A DNA stretch of 64,000 nt, taken from contig AP026141.1 of the NCBI GenBank assembly GCA_030295235.1, positions 248,001 to 312,000 of the forward strand, given 5' to 3'. The notes beneath the pieces were generated by a model. The model did not search any database. It worked only from the letters and a program-made list of their open reading frames with translations, and had not been told where the DNA came from. Shown here one piece after another: positions 11,885 through 24,172 of the stretch. How positions within the stretch are numbered: position 1 is the first letter of the stretch; each line of letters begins with the position of its first letter. A program made the translations under genes and the position numbers. Origin of the DNA: Fistulifera solaris (Eukaryota).

Positions 11885-12385
11885 ATGAACAAACCAACGC
11901 CCATCATTCGTACTCGTGTCCCCGCAGACTTACAGCAAGTCTTCATAAAAGCCAACCGAGGCGAAGTAGTGGACGTACCGCCGAAATCCTTGTGTCGGCA
12001 TTGGGTCAAAGACCGAGCTCACAAAGAATCTACAAAAATCAAGAAATCGACCTCCTTCCAGGATTTCACGGAAACAGACAATGACTCCTCACATCGGAGT
12101 CCTCTTTCTAGTGTACTTGTTCCATCGCGATTGTCACTGTTTAACGAATGCGGAGATTACTACTCCGATGTTTCGTCACACTGCTCGACGGACGACTCCA
12201 CAACGTACGAACATTTGGAAGTGTTACAACGGCAGCCAGCCTTGTTTTCTCGCTGGGACGCAGAATACTCTCCCAAGAAACGAGACCAGAAACTTCGTCC
12301 TTGTCGTCGACAAGGATCCTTCCGATGGGAAATCAGGACGGAAGAGGGGGAAAGCGGAACACCGAAAATGCCGACCCGGCATTGA
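11885..12385 (+). CDS. Hypothetical disordered Ser-rich protein with SRW and PxRxxS motifs
   Basis: 166-aa ORF with ATG; FSRWDAE, RPCRRQGS, PKMPTR; 3' end may be frameshifted. Confidence 0.55.
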   Translation: MNKPTPIIRTRVPADLQQVFIKANRGEVVDVPPKSLCRHWVKDRAHKESTKIKKSTSFQDFTETDNDSSHRSPLSSVLVPSRLSLFNECGDYYSDVSSHCSTDDSTTYEHLEVLQRQPALFSRWDAEYSPKKRDQKLRPCRRQGSFRWEIRTEEGESGTPKMPTRH

Positions 12386-12900
12386 TTTTTGCTGACATTC
12401 TAAGCGATTCATTTCCATGCATAGAAAAGCGAGCGCGAACACAAACTGTACATAACTCTTCTCCAGAAGCACAATTGCTTCTATGAGTTCTTCATAGACT
12501 GCTAAATGAAAGTCGACGCACGACGCATTTAACGACACAAGTCATCTACCAAGACGATAAGCTATTCCATTAAATATAAACTATGCATTAATTACGCACC
12601 CTTTTTCCGTAAACAAGTAAACATGTCGTTCTTAGCGTTGCCACAAAGGTTGCCGCTGGCTAGCTAGTGCTTGCCAATCAATCACATGTCCGCTTTTTTA
12701 GCTTCCTGCGGCGTTATTTACCTCGCCACAATTTCGTATTGCCCTCTGGTGTCAACCCCTTCTCCAATAAAGCAATAAGTCGACCGCCACTTTTTGCCCC
12801 TTCGCGCCATAATATTATTCACAACGGCGGAGAAGTCGGTCAAGTAGCTCGACACCTTTGATACAACTATAGCCTATGGCCAAGGATATCGTTATCACAC

Positions 12901-14019
12901 TTATTTATCTTGTTGTTTACAAATAGCGTATTGTTTAAATCGGTTCACGGCATATTCCATGTAATCAAATGTTTCACATCCTTCCGCGTAGGCTTGATTG
13001 ACCGCCCAAAGTCCCCAATACAAGTGATTGGCCAACAAAAAGCCGTGCAATTCTTGGAGCATTTGCTGTACCGCCTCCTCCGTCGGTGTCTCATTCTTGT
13101 AAATGGTCAAATACGTTCGCACAAACTCTTCTCGTTGCGCTGGACTCGGCAACCACTCGTAATTGGGAAAAGGATCGTGAGGCGGACCACCCGCGTACTC
13201 ATTAAAGTGATTGGCAATATCGAATGTCAAATAATTGATGCCACCGTATTCAAAATCAATCAATTGAATGGATCCATTTTGTTCGTGCAACAATATATTG
13301 GCGGCCAATAAATCATTGTGACAAAAGACCACCGGTGCATGGGACGGAATTTGCGTGTCTCGGAGCCATTGAAGTTCCTGATGCAGTGTTTCTAACGACA
13401 ACGATGCCGCCTTGTCACAATCTTGTGGCGTGCGAAATTTCCCCAATGCCTGCAACGCTTGTTCCAACCATTCTTCCAATTGGGTCCATAGACTCGGTTT
13501 CTGTAGAGGATGATATTCTTCCAGATGCGACGGGACGGCAAAATTCCGATGCATGTTCGCGAGTGCTTGAGCAATTTTCAGATGATGGTGTCCCATTTCA
13601 CGGACTAGCAAGGGTCGCGTATTTTCCAAAAATTGTTCGACACGACCGTTGGCAAACCGTCCCCAATAGGCGGGAGCAATTCGTTTGAGAGAAAGAGCCG
13701 CAAAGGTCGCATTTTCAATATCCCGATCAATCATTCCTTCGGCGCCAAAGACGCGCAATAGTACTTTATGTTGTGGCGAGTAGGTGACTAAAAACAATAG
13801 ATTGGTGATTCCTCCCGACAGTCGTTCCACCACGGGTTCTTCTTGTACGTCCGTGAATGCAGTTACATTGCATTCGTGCTGTACAATGGCGGTGGCCGCT
13901 TGTAACACTGTCGCAGGATCGTTGCCATCGACCGACAAGAACGGAAAATAGGGTCGTTCATCAATCACTGCAACGGTACACTTCTTTTCTCGGGCGTCTT
14001 TGTAAGCTTGCGGTGACAT
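12901..14019 (-). CDS. Choline/ethanolamine kinase
   Basis: LSGGITN, LLRVFG, Brenner motif FCHNDLLAANIL, LIDFEY, FDIANHFNEYAG, HLYWGLWA. Confidence 0.93.
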   Translation of the reverse strand: MSPQAYKDAREKKCTVAVIDERPYFPFLSVDGNDPATVLQAATAIVQHECNVTAFTDVQEEPVVERLSGGITNLLFLVTYSPQHKVLLRVFGAEGMIDRDIENATFAALSLKRIAPAYWGRFANGRVEQFLENTRPLLVREMGHHHLKIAQALANMHRNFAVPSHLEEYHPLQKPSLWTQLEEWLEQALQALGKFRTPQDCDKAASLSLETLHQELQWLRDTQIPSHAPVVFCHNDLLAANILLHEQNGSIQLIDFEYGGINYLTFDIANHFNEYAGGPPHDPFPNYEWLPSPAQREEFVRTYLTIYKNETPTEEAVQQMLQELHGFLLANHLYWGLWAVNQAYAEGCETFDYMEYAVNRFKQYAICKQQDK

Positions 14020-14201
14020 TGTGTTGTTTAGGGGAAGGATTTAGGATGAATTCTTGTAGATTGTATACTCAAATTACGGCAAAGCAATGACAACAACAAC
14101 AATAAAAATCGCGGTCGGCACTTTTTTCTTTTTTTCTCCTCCGTAGGGACGACGGACGGTCAACAATCACCGCCCGGGACTGGATTTAAATTAGTCGTCG
14201 G

Positions 14202-14402
14202 ATGAGGCGTCATCGCGTCCGCACTCTACTACTGGTACTTTATTGTATGTTACTCTCTCAAAAGCCTTAACCCTGACGTACATGACTCACTTGAACACGT
14301 ACATGAGGCGTCATCGCGTCCGCACTCTACTATACTACTTTATTGTATGTTACTCTCTCAAAAGCCTTAACCCTGACGTACATGACTCACATGAACACGT
14401 AC
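14202..14402. repeat. Near-perfect 101/100-bp direct tandem duplication in a divergent promoter
   Basis: ATGAGGCGTCATCGCG...GAACACGTAC at 14202-14302 and 14303-14402, with few differences. Confidence 0.9.
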
Positions 14403-14596
14403 TTTGGAAAATATTCCGCCTTTTTGTTTTGCGTTTCTCACAACAACAAGAATCCTTTCGGCACATGGAGTTCAATGTAATATACTTTAGGCCCTCTCTG
14501 ATCATCAAGAGTTTAAACTGCCTTGAAGTTTCTTTATATTCTTTGCACGCAGACTAGGTGAAGAGCGAGAAAGTCGCTTCTTTGACAATACGAAAC

Positions 14597-15729
14597 ATGA
14601 CAATCGCTCATCGGCTCGGCTTTTGTATCGGGTTTCTTTACACACGAGCCGTCGTCGCATTTGTCTCCCATCCACCACAACGACGACAAAAACTTTCTTC
14701 ACTCTACGCCAGTAAACTTCCCAAAGGTATATCGCCATTCGAAAAATCCGTCGCCAAGGGCCTCGACATTCAAGGAGAATTCCGTAAAATTGCCTCAAAA
14801 GCGATTCTCCAAGCCATAAAAGACGGCCAAACCCAACTCGAAATTGATTTCCCACCGCTCTTGGGTGGTGGTTCCTCGAAAACCGCCTTTGATGATTTTG
14901 ATAATATACAAGAATTGAATGCCAATCGCGATTGGTGTGTCCCCTTGGCGCCCCTGATTGCTGCCTCCAAACAACAACAGTGGCTGATACTGCCGGACGA
15001 CAAGGAATGTGAATTGGCACAAAAGGAATGGGGCGGTGGACAACTCTTTCGTCGTGCGGCCAAATTTACGTCAATTCGTGCGGCACTGGTGCAAGTGGCG
15101 GGCGAACAAAAGGTCACCAAAGCGTGGGGATCGACCATCGCGGCGACCTTCAATAAACTGTCGGGTGGGGACGGGATTTTGGCTGATTCCCGTCTCTTGG
15201 ATGATCTCTCGGACGCTGGCGATAGCGAAGCACGACTGTATTTGGTGTGTCAACCCGGCAATGGTGGACCCGTCGAAGATTGGATCAATGTCGAACAATT
15301 GCATCGGTCGTCTCCGCGCCAGACCGTGACGTGCGTTGTGAATGGTGCGCTCGACAAAGTGCGGGATGGCTATTATCCGGTCCTCTTTTTCCGGCACTGG
15401 CCAAGACCGTTCCATTCTATCGAGACTTTGAAGCCGTATTCTTCTTGAAGCCCATTTCCGATAAAGGATTGTATGGATGGTACGTATCTGGACGGTTTGT
15501 CTCTTGTAGGTCTTGTTTGCAGGATGTCTCACTACACACCTACAGGTTGTATCGGGTCTATCCGGAACCCTGGCAAGTCATCTTGCAAATACCAGAGCAA
15601 CAGCAAAAAGGCAGTCAAACCGTGATTTCCGTACAAGATATAGTGGCGTTGACATCGACGAAACGACCCAGTTATTCCGATGCCGTCCAAGCTATGGTGG
15701 CTGCGTCCAAGAAAATACCAAAGAACTAA
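14597..15729 (+). CDS. Plastid-targeted DUF1995-like protein
   Basis: Signal peptide + VVA-FV; QLEIDFPPL; VVNGALDKVRDGYYP; YRVYPEPWQV; indel near 15390 and intron about 15480-15545. Confidence 0.75.
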
Positions 15730-15882
15730 AGAAACTCGTTATGTGTTGAAAATAGATAGAATACTACATCGCTCGTCTGGGTAGTTTATTCAAATGTTTC
15801 TCGCTCGACTACCTATGCCCATATTGACTGTTTAATCGGTCACATAAAACACCCGTCGCTTCTTCGGTAGAAAGCGACTCGT

Positions 15883-16470
15883 TTACTCGGACGCTTCTAC
15901 ATTTCCTCGTGGTTGAATCATGGGAATCGTGACACACGTTTCTCTTTGGGGCACTTTGACTTGATGATGTTCCAAATCCGTTTCCATGTTGTAATGTTTC
16001 ACAAACTCGGTACCTAATTTGAGTTCAAACGTTCCATCGTCCGCGTCATCATCGACCACTTGAATGGGTGTCACGAGATCCAACTGCAGCGCGGTACCAC
16101 CCAAATGAATTTGACACGAACCGACGGGCAACGTTCCCTTTGAACTCGTCGAATCTTTCACTAATTGCTTCAATAAATAGTCACTTTTCTGCACAGCCTT
16201 CCATTGCAGTACAGTTTCGGCATTCTTCGGGTCCAAACAGGTCGATAAATTCAAAGAAGACGTTTCGTCACTTTGATCCTTCCAGACAATTCCTGCCGGA
16301 ATCTGCAACGAAGAGAACTGTTCGTTGTCGCCTTCGTCTTCTTCCGGCGGAGTGTAGGCTTCCATTTGCAGGCCGTCCGTCCAAGAACTGGATTGTTGTG
16401 GTTCAGTCATGGCGAAAGTAGTAGAATAAATGCAAAGGAATAAGATAGACACTAGCAGCGATTGCTTCAT
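15883..16470 (-). CDS. Secreted/ER protein with a possible degenerate retroviral-type (Ddi1-like) aspartic protease fold
   Basis: Signal peptide MKQSLLVSILFLCIYSTTFA; CLDPKNAETVL and LKLGTEFVKHYNMETDL resemble xxDTGAxxT and LLGxDFLxxxxxxID. Confidence 0.55.
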   Translation of the reverse strand: MKQSLLVSILFLCIYSTTFAMTEPQQSSSWTDGLQMEAYTPPEEDEGDNEQFSSLQIPAGIVWKDQSDETSSLNLSTCLDPKNAETVLQWKAVQKSDYLLKQLVKDSTSSKGTLPVGSCQIHLGGTALQLDLVTPIQVVDDDADDGTFELKLGTEFVKHYNMETDLEHHQVKVPQRETCVTIPMIQPRGNVEASE

Positions 16471-16865
16471 GCTTGTTGTGTGATTGCTGTTATAATCGCG
16501 CGGCGAAATGCATCGCGATGATGTAACAATCAATCGTGTTTGTGTATATTTGTGTCACGAATGTGAAGCGAACTCTGATGTCAGCACCATCGTACCGGTT
16601 TACAAAGACTTTTGGCGGATGGACAGGCAGACATGGCAGGCTGAACCAAAAAAAATAAACGACGAGACAAATTTTTTCCACATCACCATGATGACACATC
16701 GTACGAAGAATCTTGCTTTGTTGCTAGTAATCATTGACGACAAAGTTATTTTTGTCTATTAGACAGAGTTTCACAACTGATTCGAAAGCTGTAGACGCGA
16801 TGCTTAGAGACTATCGTTGCCATCGATATTTAAGTTGCTAACGATGCGAAGAAATCCCGAACACC

Positions 16866-19224
16866 ATGGCGTGTTCTTTCCCATCGGCAGCATACATCGT
16901 TTTCCCTTATTCTTTTTTATCATTCTTATCATCGCGGCTCAAATAAAGCAATCGACGTCTTTTGGGCACCTTCTGTCATGCAGTTATCGACAACCACGAA
17001 TATTTGCCAAGAACAATCTACACTTCTCTTTTGTGAATCATCACTACAATACTATCCGTACGACCGATAACATCACCCAACCGCCATTGAATTACAAAAA
17101 ACCAAAACAATACACAAACCCAACAATGAACGACCCCGAATCACAATATCACCCGAACAAGTCGAAGAACAACTGAAAGTAGCCCTCGCCGCACTGCAAC
17201 AAACCAGCCGTGGTGAGGATGAAGCCAAACTGCGTCCCTTCCCTTCGGTCCGCGATTGCAATGCCGCACTGGCGGCGTTTGGGGATGCCGGGGATCTATT
17301 ACGGGCCTTGCGACTGTTTGGAAAAATGAGAAAGGCGGCCGCTTATGGGGGACGATGGTCCCTACACCAACACTCGTCACGTACTCGACTCTCATGTCCC
17401 GCGCCATCAAATTCAGTAAACCGTTGGTGGCACTCCGGTTGTGGGATCTCATGATTCAAAAGCGATCTCCGGGAGCGATACCGATGGAAGACATTGATGT
17501 CAGGGCGGCCAATATTCGCATGAATTGTTTTGCCAAATTGGCCGATGTGCCGAAAGCACAAAACTTGTTGCAACAAATGATCACCGGCGATGGTCCCGAT
17601 GTTCCCCGCTTGCCACCCAATATTGTTACATACAATACGCTCTTGCACGCGTGTCAACGGGCGGGGGATTTGGATGCCGCCTTGGCCGTCGTGCGTCACA
17701 TGCATCACTGTCGTCCCGATACTCGTACGTACACGAGTCTGATGGCGACCGTCGCTCGACAAAAAAGTGCTTCGGCGGGACGGAACGATCCGTCTTTGGC
17801 GTTTGTCTTGTTGGATGAAATGAAAAGTCGGGGGATCCGACCGAATGGCATCACGTACAGTGCCTTGATTGATGCGTGTGGGCGGTGTCGGAGACCCGAT
17901 TTGGCGTTGCGCGGATTGCGCATCATGTTGATGCAGAAAGCGCAAGAAGCGGAGAGTTTGTCGAAAATGAAAGGGAATCAGAATAGTAATAAAGCAATAT
18001 ACACACTTCCCGATGAAGTGGGAGCTTGGACCGCTGCCATTAATGCCTGTGGGAAAGCGGGACGTATTCAAACAGCATTGCGATTATTTCGCGCCATGCC
18101 CGGCTTTGGCGTTATGCCGAATACGATCACCTGTGGATCTTTGACGGATTCATTGCTTCGGGCAGGAGCAACGGCCGAGACACTCGATGTATTGCGGTAT
18201 ATGAAAAGAATGGGATCGTCCCCAGCGAAGTCATGTATACGTCTCTGATGACTCGGGCGGAACGTCTGGCGAAAATGGAGCGTGATGGCAAATCGTTTTC
18301 GATGGCCGCACAAGCACATGTGGTGGCACTAGACAGTCAACCATTTGAAGACCAACCAATCGGTGATGCCCGGGCGATCGATGTCTATACGGAACTGATC
18401 AAAAGTCTCGTGGAAGGCGGTCGCAGGTCGAAAGATTATTCTCCAGGAAACAATACTCTGCTAGCTGAGACGACTACCGCTCGTGGCGATGATGTCTTGG
18501 TAAAAGTGTTTTTGGTATTTCAAGAAATGAAAACCGCCGGAACCATGCCGGACCTCGCTTGTTACAACGCTTTATTACGAGCCTGTGCGCGAGCGGGGAT
18601 CTCGATCATGCGAATGACGTCTTAAGACAAATGCTAGCCGCCGATCTATGTCCCAACGACACGTCCTGGCGACAGCTCCTACAAGCCGCGGCGCAACAGA
18701 AGAATAGTGAACGAGCCCTTCAAGCCTGGAAGCAAGGGGTGGAGTACAGCAAGGAGAGAAAAAGGAAACGTCCTTTTAAGGATGAGCCGAACGTTCTTAC
18801 TTGGAAGCCAAGTTCTTCATCTCTTGCTGCTTTGCTGTCGGCCCTGCTCGCCGAGGCAAAAGAACCTTCTATAAGTAGCGAGAAAAGGATAGCTCTCTAC
18901 AGGAAAGTAGTTGAGCTTTACGACAAGGTGCTTTTGGGTGACGAGAAGATGGGCTTCGATCGCTTGGATTTAAACGACGTTCTGGAAAATCAGCGGGTTG
19001 TCATTCTATTCATCCGCGGAATGTTGGGTTTATCTGACTTTGAAGACGATCCCGTGCGCCTAGAGAGTCAAAGACTTGCCGTGCGGTCAATCTTGGAATT
19101 GGAGTGCTTGAATCAGCGAGACGAGACTTACCGATTGCCATGGGTTGTGAGAGAAACGTTGAACAAGGCCGTTGCCTTTTCCCGAGCAAAAGCGCCTGTA
19201 CATGCTAAAACTAAAGAGTGCTAG
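16866..19224 (+). CDS. Pentatricopeptide repeat (PPR) protein, probably organelle-targeted
   Basis: PTLVTYSTLM, PNIVTYNTLLHAC, PNGITYSALIDACG, PDLACYNALLRACA across consecutive ORFs joined by apparent 1-nt indels; start uncertain. Confidence 0.85.
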
Positions 19225-19274
19225 TTACTATTTTTATTGATGTTGATCTGTAGCAATTGCTGCTACATTGGGTA

Positions 19275-20087
19275 TTACTTTGCGTACAAGATGTCGTAGT
19301 GACCAGGGCGGTATAGCAGACAAATTTGTAATGCAGAATCTTCCGGCCCAAACACGTGATGCGTCACATCACCCGCCACCAATTCATGCCCATCCAAATA
19401 TTCGATCCGCACCTTGATTCCAAAGGCTTCCGCCAGCGCTAGAACTTGCAGTTGCTCGCACTCCTTGCCCATAGGTTCCACTTCTCGTTGACAGAATTGC
19501 GCTACATCCATGCCCGGTTGCTCAATGAACGGCTCAAACCGTTGGGGGTCCATTTTCAAGTGAGTTGCCGTCACCACTCGCAGATACCAGGTGCAGTAAT
19601 CCGAAGTGGAATTCTCTTCATTCAGTTCCTTGGCGAGCGCTTCCGCATCCACCGATCCCGACATTACCCGCTCAATAAGACTCACCGCTTCTTCGTAGAA
19701 CATTTCTATGGTCATTTCATTGTAACCAACTTCTTTCACGTGTTTCCATGATACTTCCTTTAAAAAGGTTAAAATGCGTTGACCTTCGGGATGTTTCGTT
19801 TCCCGACAGAGCGTCTCGGCCAACGCAAACAAGAACGCCCGATAGTAGCAGTTGCCATCGCCTCGCACCATTCGTATGCCTCCGTACCGTTTCTGAAGAG
19901 CCGCGACTCCCGCAAGAAAAGTTCCTTCTCTGTATTGCTGTTCCAGCTCCGTCAGTGGTTTCAACGTTGAAGTGAGTGGAGATAGTTTCGTCTCGTCTTC
20001 AATTTCTTTCATTCGTTCTTCCGAAAGACGAAAAGACTCGGCCAAGTTGTCGTCGGAGCTAGAAGCCACATTGCTGTCTTGTGTCAT
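19275..20087 (-). CDS. OTUB1: Otubain-type ubiquitin thioesterase (peptidase C65)
   Basis: RMVRGDGNCYYRAF, VEPMGKECEQLQVLAL, LLYRPGHYDILY. Confidence 0.93.
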   Translation of the reverse strand: MTQDSNVASSSDDNLAESFRLSEERMKEIEDETKLSPLTSTLKPLTELEQQYREGTFLAGVAALQKRYGGIRMVRGDGNCYYRAFLFALAETLCRETKHPEGQRILTFLKEVSWKHVKEVGYNEMTIEMFYEEAVSLIERVMSGSVDAEALAKELNEENSTSDYCTWYLRVVTATHLKMDPQRFEPFIEQPGMDVAQFCQREVEPMGKECEQLQVLALAEAFGIKVRIEYLDGHELVAGDVTHHVFGPEDSALQICLLYRPGHYDILYAK

Positions 20088-20190
20088 TTTTTGTTGTAAT
20101 GTTTCAGTTATGATGTAAACTTCAATGAAGCTATAGGTCCGTCATAGGTGTTATTGTATTATTGTATTATTGTAAAGGTGAATGGAAATG

Positions 20191-20293
20191 CGACGAGGAG
20201 CAGGAAAGGACGTTAAAATTCTGCCTCTCATTACAGGTTTCTACGTAGAGCCTACGGCTAGGCAGAATTTTAACGTCGTTTCCAGAGTCGTCG
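20191..20293. repeat. Foldback inverted repeat with 18-bp perfect arms
   Basis: GACGTTAAAATTCTGCCT (20209-20226) pairs with AGGCAGAATTTTAACGTC (20260-20277); extends imperfectly to GGAAA/TTTCC and CGACGA/TCGTCG. Confidence 0.9.
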
Positions 20294-20315
20294 TAGTAGT
20301 TTTGTCAACGGAAAT

Positions 20316-20377
20316 CGACTCATGATTGAAATGCAGTCGCGGATATTTTGAGACTACACGTTGGGAATTTAGTAAAT
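20316..20377 (+). repeat. Copy of the bipartite dyad element
   Basis: CGACTCATGATTGAAATGCAGTCGCGG-ATATTTTGAGAC-TACACGTTGGGAATTTAGTAAAT. Confidence 0.75.
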
Positions 20378-20523
20378 GGGCAACACAACAATAGTCCGCG
20401 GAAACAGAGCTACATAGGTAAAGTACAAGGTTATAAAAAACAGTTCACGTGAAGAAAGAGTCTTAATTTTAGAGCTTTATAGATCAATGTATCTATCTCT
20501 AACCTGCTCCATTAACTAAGAAG

Positions 20524-21946
20524 TTATAAAGCAACGGAAGTCGCCGAATTTTGTAAACTAAGCTTGGGTCGGTCCACTTGCTGACTTCCCACATCTGTTT
20601 CGGGTTCTTCTTTTCGAACGTAGGTGACATCATTCAATATTTCTTGAAATGAGTTCACTACTTGTATACTTTCCGTATCCTGTACGGCGGCGTCGGTACC
20701 AGCCACCGAATCCGTAATGTGGCTGTCGGCGTCGCCAAAGAGTATCCGTGCGGTTCCTCCTCTCCGCTTGAGCGTTACCGAATCGTTACTGCCAGTATAA
20801 TCGCCATAATCGATGGTGGCATGGAGACTACCGGGCGTACTTTGCTCGGGTCGATCGCGGTCAACAAACGGAGTCGATTTCGCGGTTTTGGTCGATTGCG
20901 CATCATCGTCCGGTTTGCCCTTTTTGTCACTTTGCGCCGCACGAACCACACGACCAACAAAAATACCAAAAACGCTCCCAGCAGGGAAAATCATGGCGAT
21001 TCCGGCTCTCGTCAAACCTTCATTGAACGCATGATCCGAAGGTGCGTCATCCAATTCACTCGAAAGCGCCGGCTCCTCGTCGGTCGGTTCCTCGGGATGT
21101 TCGGTAAACGTCACACTCGTAAGATTGATGGCATCGGATTGTGCCAACGGATTGGCAATTTGCAGCAAGTCGGATTCACCACTGCCGGCGGTCAAAAAGT
21201 TTAGAACAGCATCGACGACTTGGTCCTTTTCACAAAGATCCGTGTAAGACACTACGACACTCCCGCTGTACCATCCACATGTTGCGCACGATGATATTTC
21301 GTTAAGAAAGACGTCCCGCGATCCCGAGGTAATGGAAAGCACACACGGTAGCGAATTGCTTAGGTTCGATGTATTGTTGCCGTCGGCACACAATTGTGCC
21401 GCCAAAATGTCCACCGTCGCTCCATCGACCCACGCAGGAATATTTGTCTTTTCGAAACACAACAAAGAGTCGCGTCAGCGATAGAGAATGCGTGAGATTG
21501 CTGCCCCTACGAGAATATACAAAAAAACATTATTCTTTCGAAGAAAAACTTACCGACCACGTGAGATCCGTTGTTTCACTGAAGGCATCTATTTCTACTT
21601 CATATCGATACGTCACTTCAACGGTGTCAGCATCCGAGGCGGCGGGGGCGCACACCCGGAGGGTGGTGGGTCGAGGAACGGAAGCAACGGGGGATCGTGT
21701 GGGTGCGATGGACGATCCCTCGTCTTCGTCGATAATGGTAATGTTTTGTAAATGCCGTGTCGTTCGCATGCTACTTTGGGCGTCAAGAAGAAGTACTAAA
21801 GAGACGAAGAATGAGCAAACAAAGCAGTCTTCACAAACAGCGAGAGAGAGGCCATGCAATGCAAAGGTGCGCAGGCGTAATAAATCAACGAGGACGAGAG
21901 GTCGAGGAATTTTCTTGAAGCAAGCCAAAAATCCCACTCCATCCAT
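20524..21946 (-). CDS. Type I membrane protein with RXL motif and Cys-patterned extracellular domain (cluster member 1)
   Basis: Hydrophobic leader, RHLQ, VTYRYEVE...QLC...CATCGWYSGSV, TM AGIAMIFPAGSVFGIFVG; intron around 21450-21552; start uncertain. Confidence 0.7.
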
Positions 21947-22327
21947 TCGTTGGAGTATTGAATTTTCCGTTGAAGGAGCAGCTCACTATGGTTAGGAAGA
22001 AACACGAACGCCAGACGGCCTCATTTCGTCTAAATAATAATCTCCACGCACGACGAACGTCGAAGAGATTTCACTTTAAATCGTACAGTCACACATGTAC
22101 CAGTCATCCCATAACAAAGGATCGAATACCGGATACACAAATTGTATCGTTGTGCTTGCTCATACGGTACCCAAAGCGTTAGCTCGTAAACAAGTCTTTA
22201 CAAATTTAGCTCTGTCACATGAAAACAAGGCAAACCACACGTCGTCTCATTATTTGGCGAGGCAACCTCTCACAAAACCTCACCCATTTCCATCTTTCAT
22301 TGAACACTTCCATCTCTTATTACAACC

Positions 22328-23614
22328 ATGAAGTTTCCTGTCACATTAGGTTTTCTTTCTCTCGCGACAACTCACTCGGCTGCCCAATTTGTTGGATTGT
22401 TTCCGGATAAGCCGACACCGGCTCCGGTGGGCGCCAGTGAGTTCTTGCCCATTCTTGTCAACAAACCGTCGGATTTTCCTTCTGTCCCTTTAACAGAAGA
22501 GGAAATTTTGGACCCCATCTCGGATCCGCCTTCGGACGTTCCGTCCGATTTGGTTTCAGACGTTCCTTCCGATTTGGTTTCGGATGTACCTTCCGACGTA
22601 CCTTCGGATATTCCTTCTACGTCCCCGACAGTGTCCTTCGCGGCGGCATCCGTCAATGCTTCCCATATCTTGTATGGATTTTCCGCGGCGTCTGCGGCAT
22701 CGGATGTGCCATCCAGTAGTCCGTCGGACGCCGTGTCGGATGTTCCTTCGGATGTACCTTCCCTGATGCCCAGTGATGTTCCATCGGATGCACCCTCCCG
22801 TATGCCATCGAGTGAGGCAGATGACGACTCGCTGTTACCAGAAGGTACCGTGAACAATTACACAATCTGCGGCGTGTGGAATGAATCCAGTTTGGAGCAA
22901 GCGGAGGTATCGCACTCCAAATACGTGTACACGTTACAGCTCGCAGCAACAAAAGCGGATATTCAAGACACCATCCATTCCGTAGAGAAACTGATTTTGG
23001 AGGAGCTCATGGATAAAATGTGCGGTGTCTTTACGTTCGCGCTGGCCGTAGGGGCGACACCAGATGACTTTGCGACTGGTATGTTTAATGAGCAATGCAT
23101 AGCTTGATACCACAATGATATTACCTCATATTAATCTTCTTTGGTTTCCACAGCGAAGTGCGGAGATGCCTGCTATATGCTTTATGGTTCTGTTGAAATA
23201 AAATCAAGTACAGAAAATGTTGATGAGCTGCTGGAGTTGAAATGTCAAGCGCAACGAACAATTCGAGAAATGTTCATTTTTCGGGCATTTGATAGCGTGA
23301 GTCAAATAACAGAGGCCACACTTCTCTATTTTGATCAAGCAGAAGAACTGCAATGCAGCGCGTTGAATGGAAATTCGAATGAAGGACTTGTCCCGAGCGA
23401 GCAAGTAACTTCCGGTGGAGAGTCTATCATCAGTGAAGAATCTTCGGATGAAGGCTTCTTAACAACAGGAGCATTGGTCGGTCTTTCGTTTTTAGGCGGC
23501 ACACTGATTGCAGCTATGGTTGTAGGCATCCACTACAAACACACACAAAGAAATGCGAGACGGAATGTGAACCTCACAGAAGAAGATTTGAGCATGATTA
23601 TAGCAGACGTTTAG
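22328..23614 (+). CDS. Type I membrane protein with PSDVPS repeats and Cys-patterned domain (cluster member 2)
   Basis: Signal peptide; PSDVPS tandem repeats; intron 23079-23153 gives ...DDFATAKCGDACYMLYGSV; TM GALVGLSFLGGTLIAAMVVGI. Confidence 0.8.
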
Positions 23615-24172
23615 TGGAGCTATCGTAAACAATGGAAATAAATTGCTGGTGTTCTTATAAACTAAACCTCTAGAGAGTCTACACTCTAAACTCTGAACAT
23701 GCAACCAAAAAAGTGAGGCCGTGCACCTTCTGGAGACCATCGCGGCGGACCGCGCAGCATCGGGGTCGTTTCGACAATCGACTGTAGGGTTGTGAGTACA
23801 AAGTAATAGTACTAAATTCTTACTCGGTTCTCATTGTTAACTGCACTCTATCGAACGGATCGCCGGATGTTATGTATATAAATGTACTGTTAAGGTTCTG
23901 TGTCTAGATTTAGTACAGTAAAACAAGATAAAGCCCTAAGTATTTGAAGCATCACTTTCGCACTCAGTTTAAGTGTAGAAACCTTTTTCATTGACCTTAA
24001 ATATATCATCACTTACATGTTTCACACTAATATTATAAAACGTCCTGAGGATATTTAAGCGATCATTATCAGACTCTTCTTCCCATCGCTGAAAACGGAG
24101 CCTCCTCACATTGTGGACGGAGATAAAGGAAAAACACACAGCGACCATTGCATTGATAAAGATAGATCAGCC

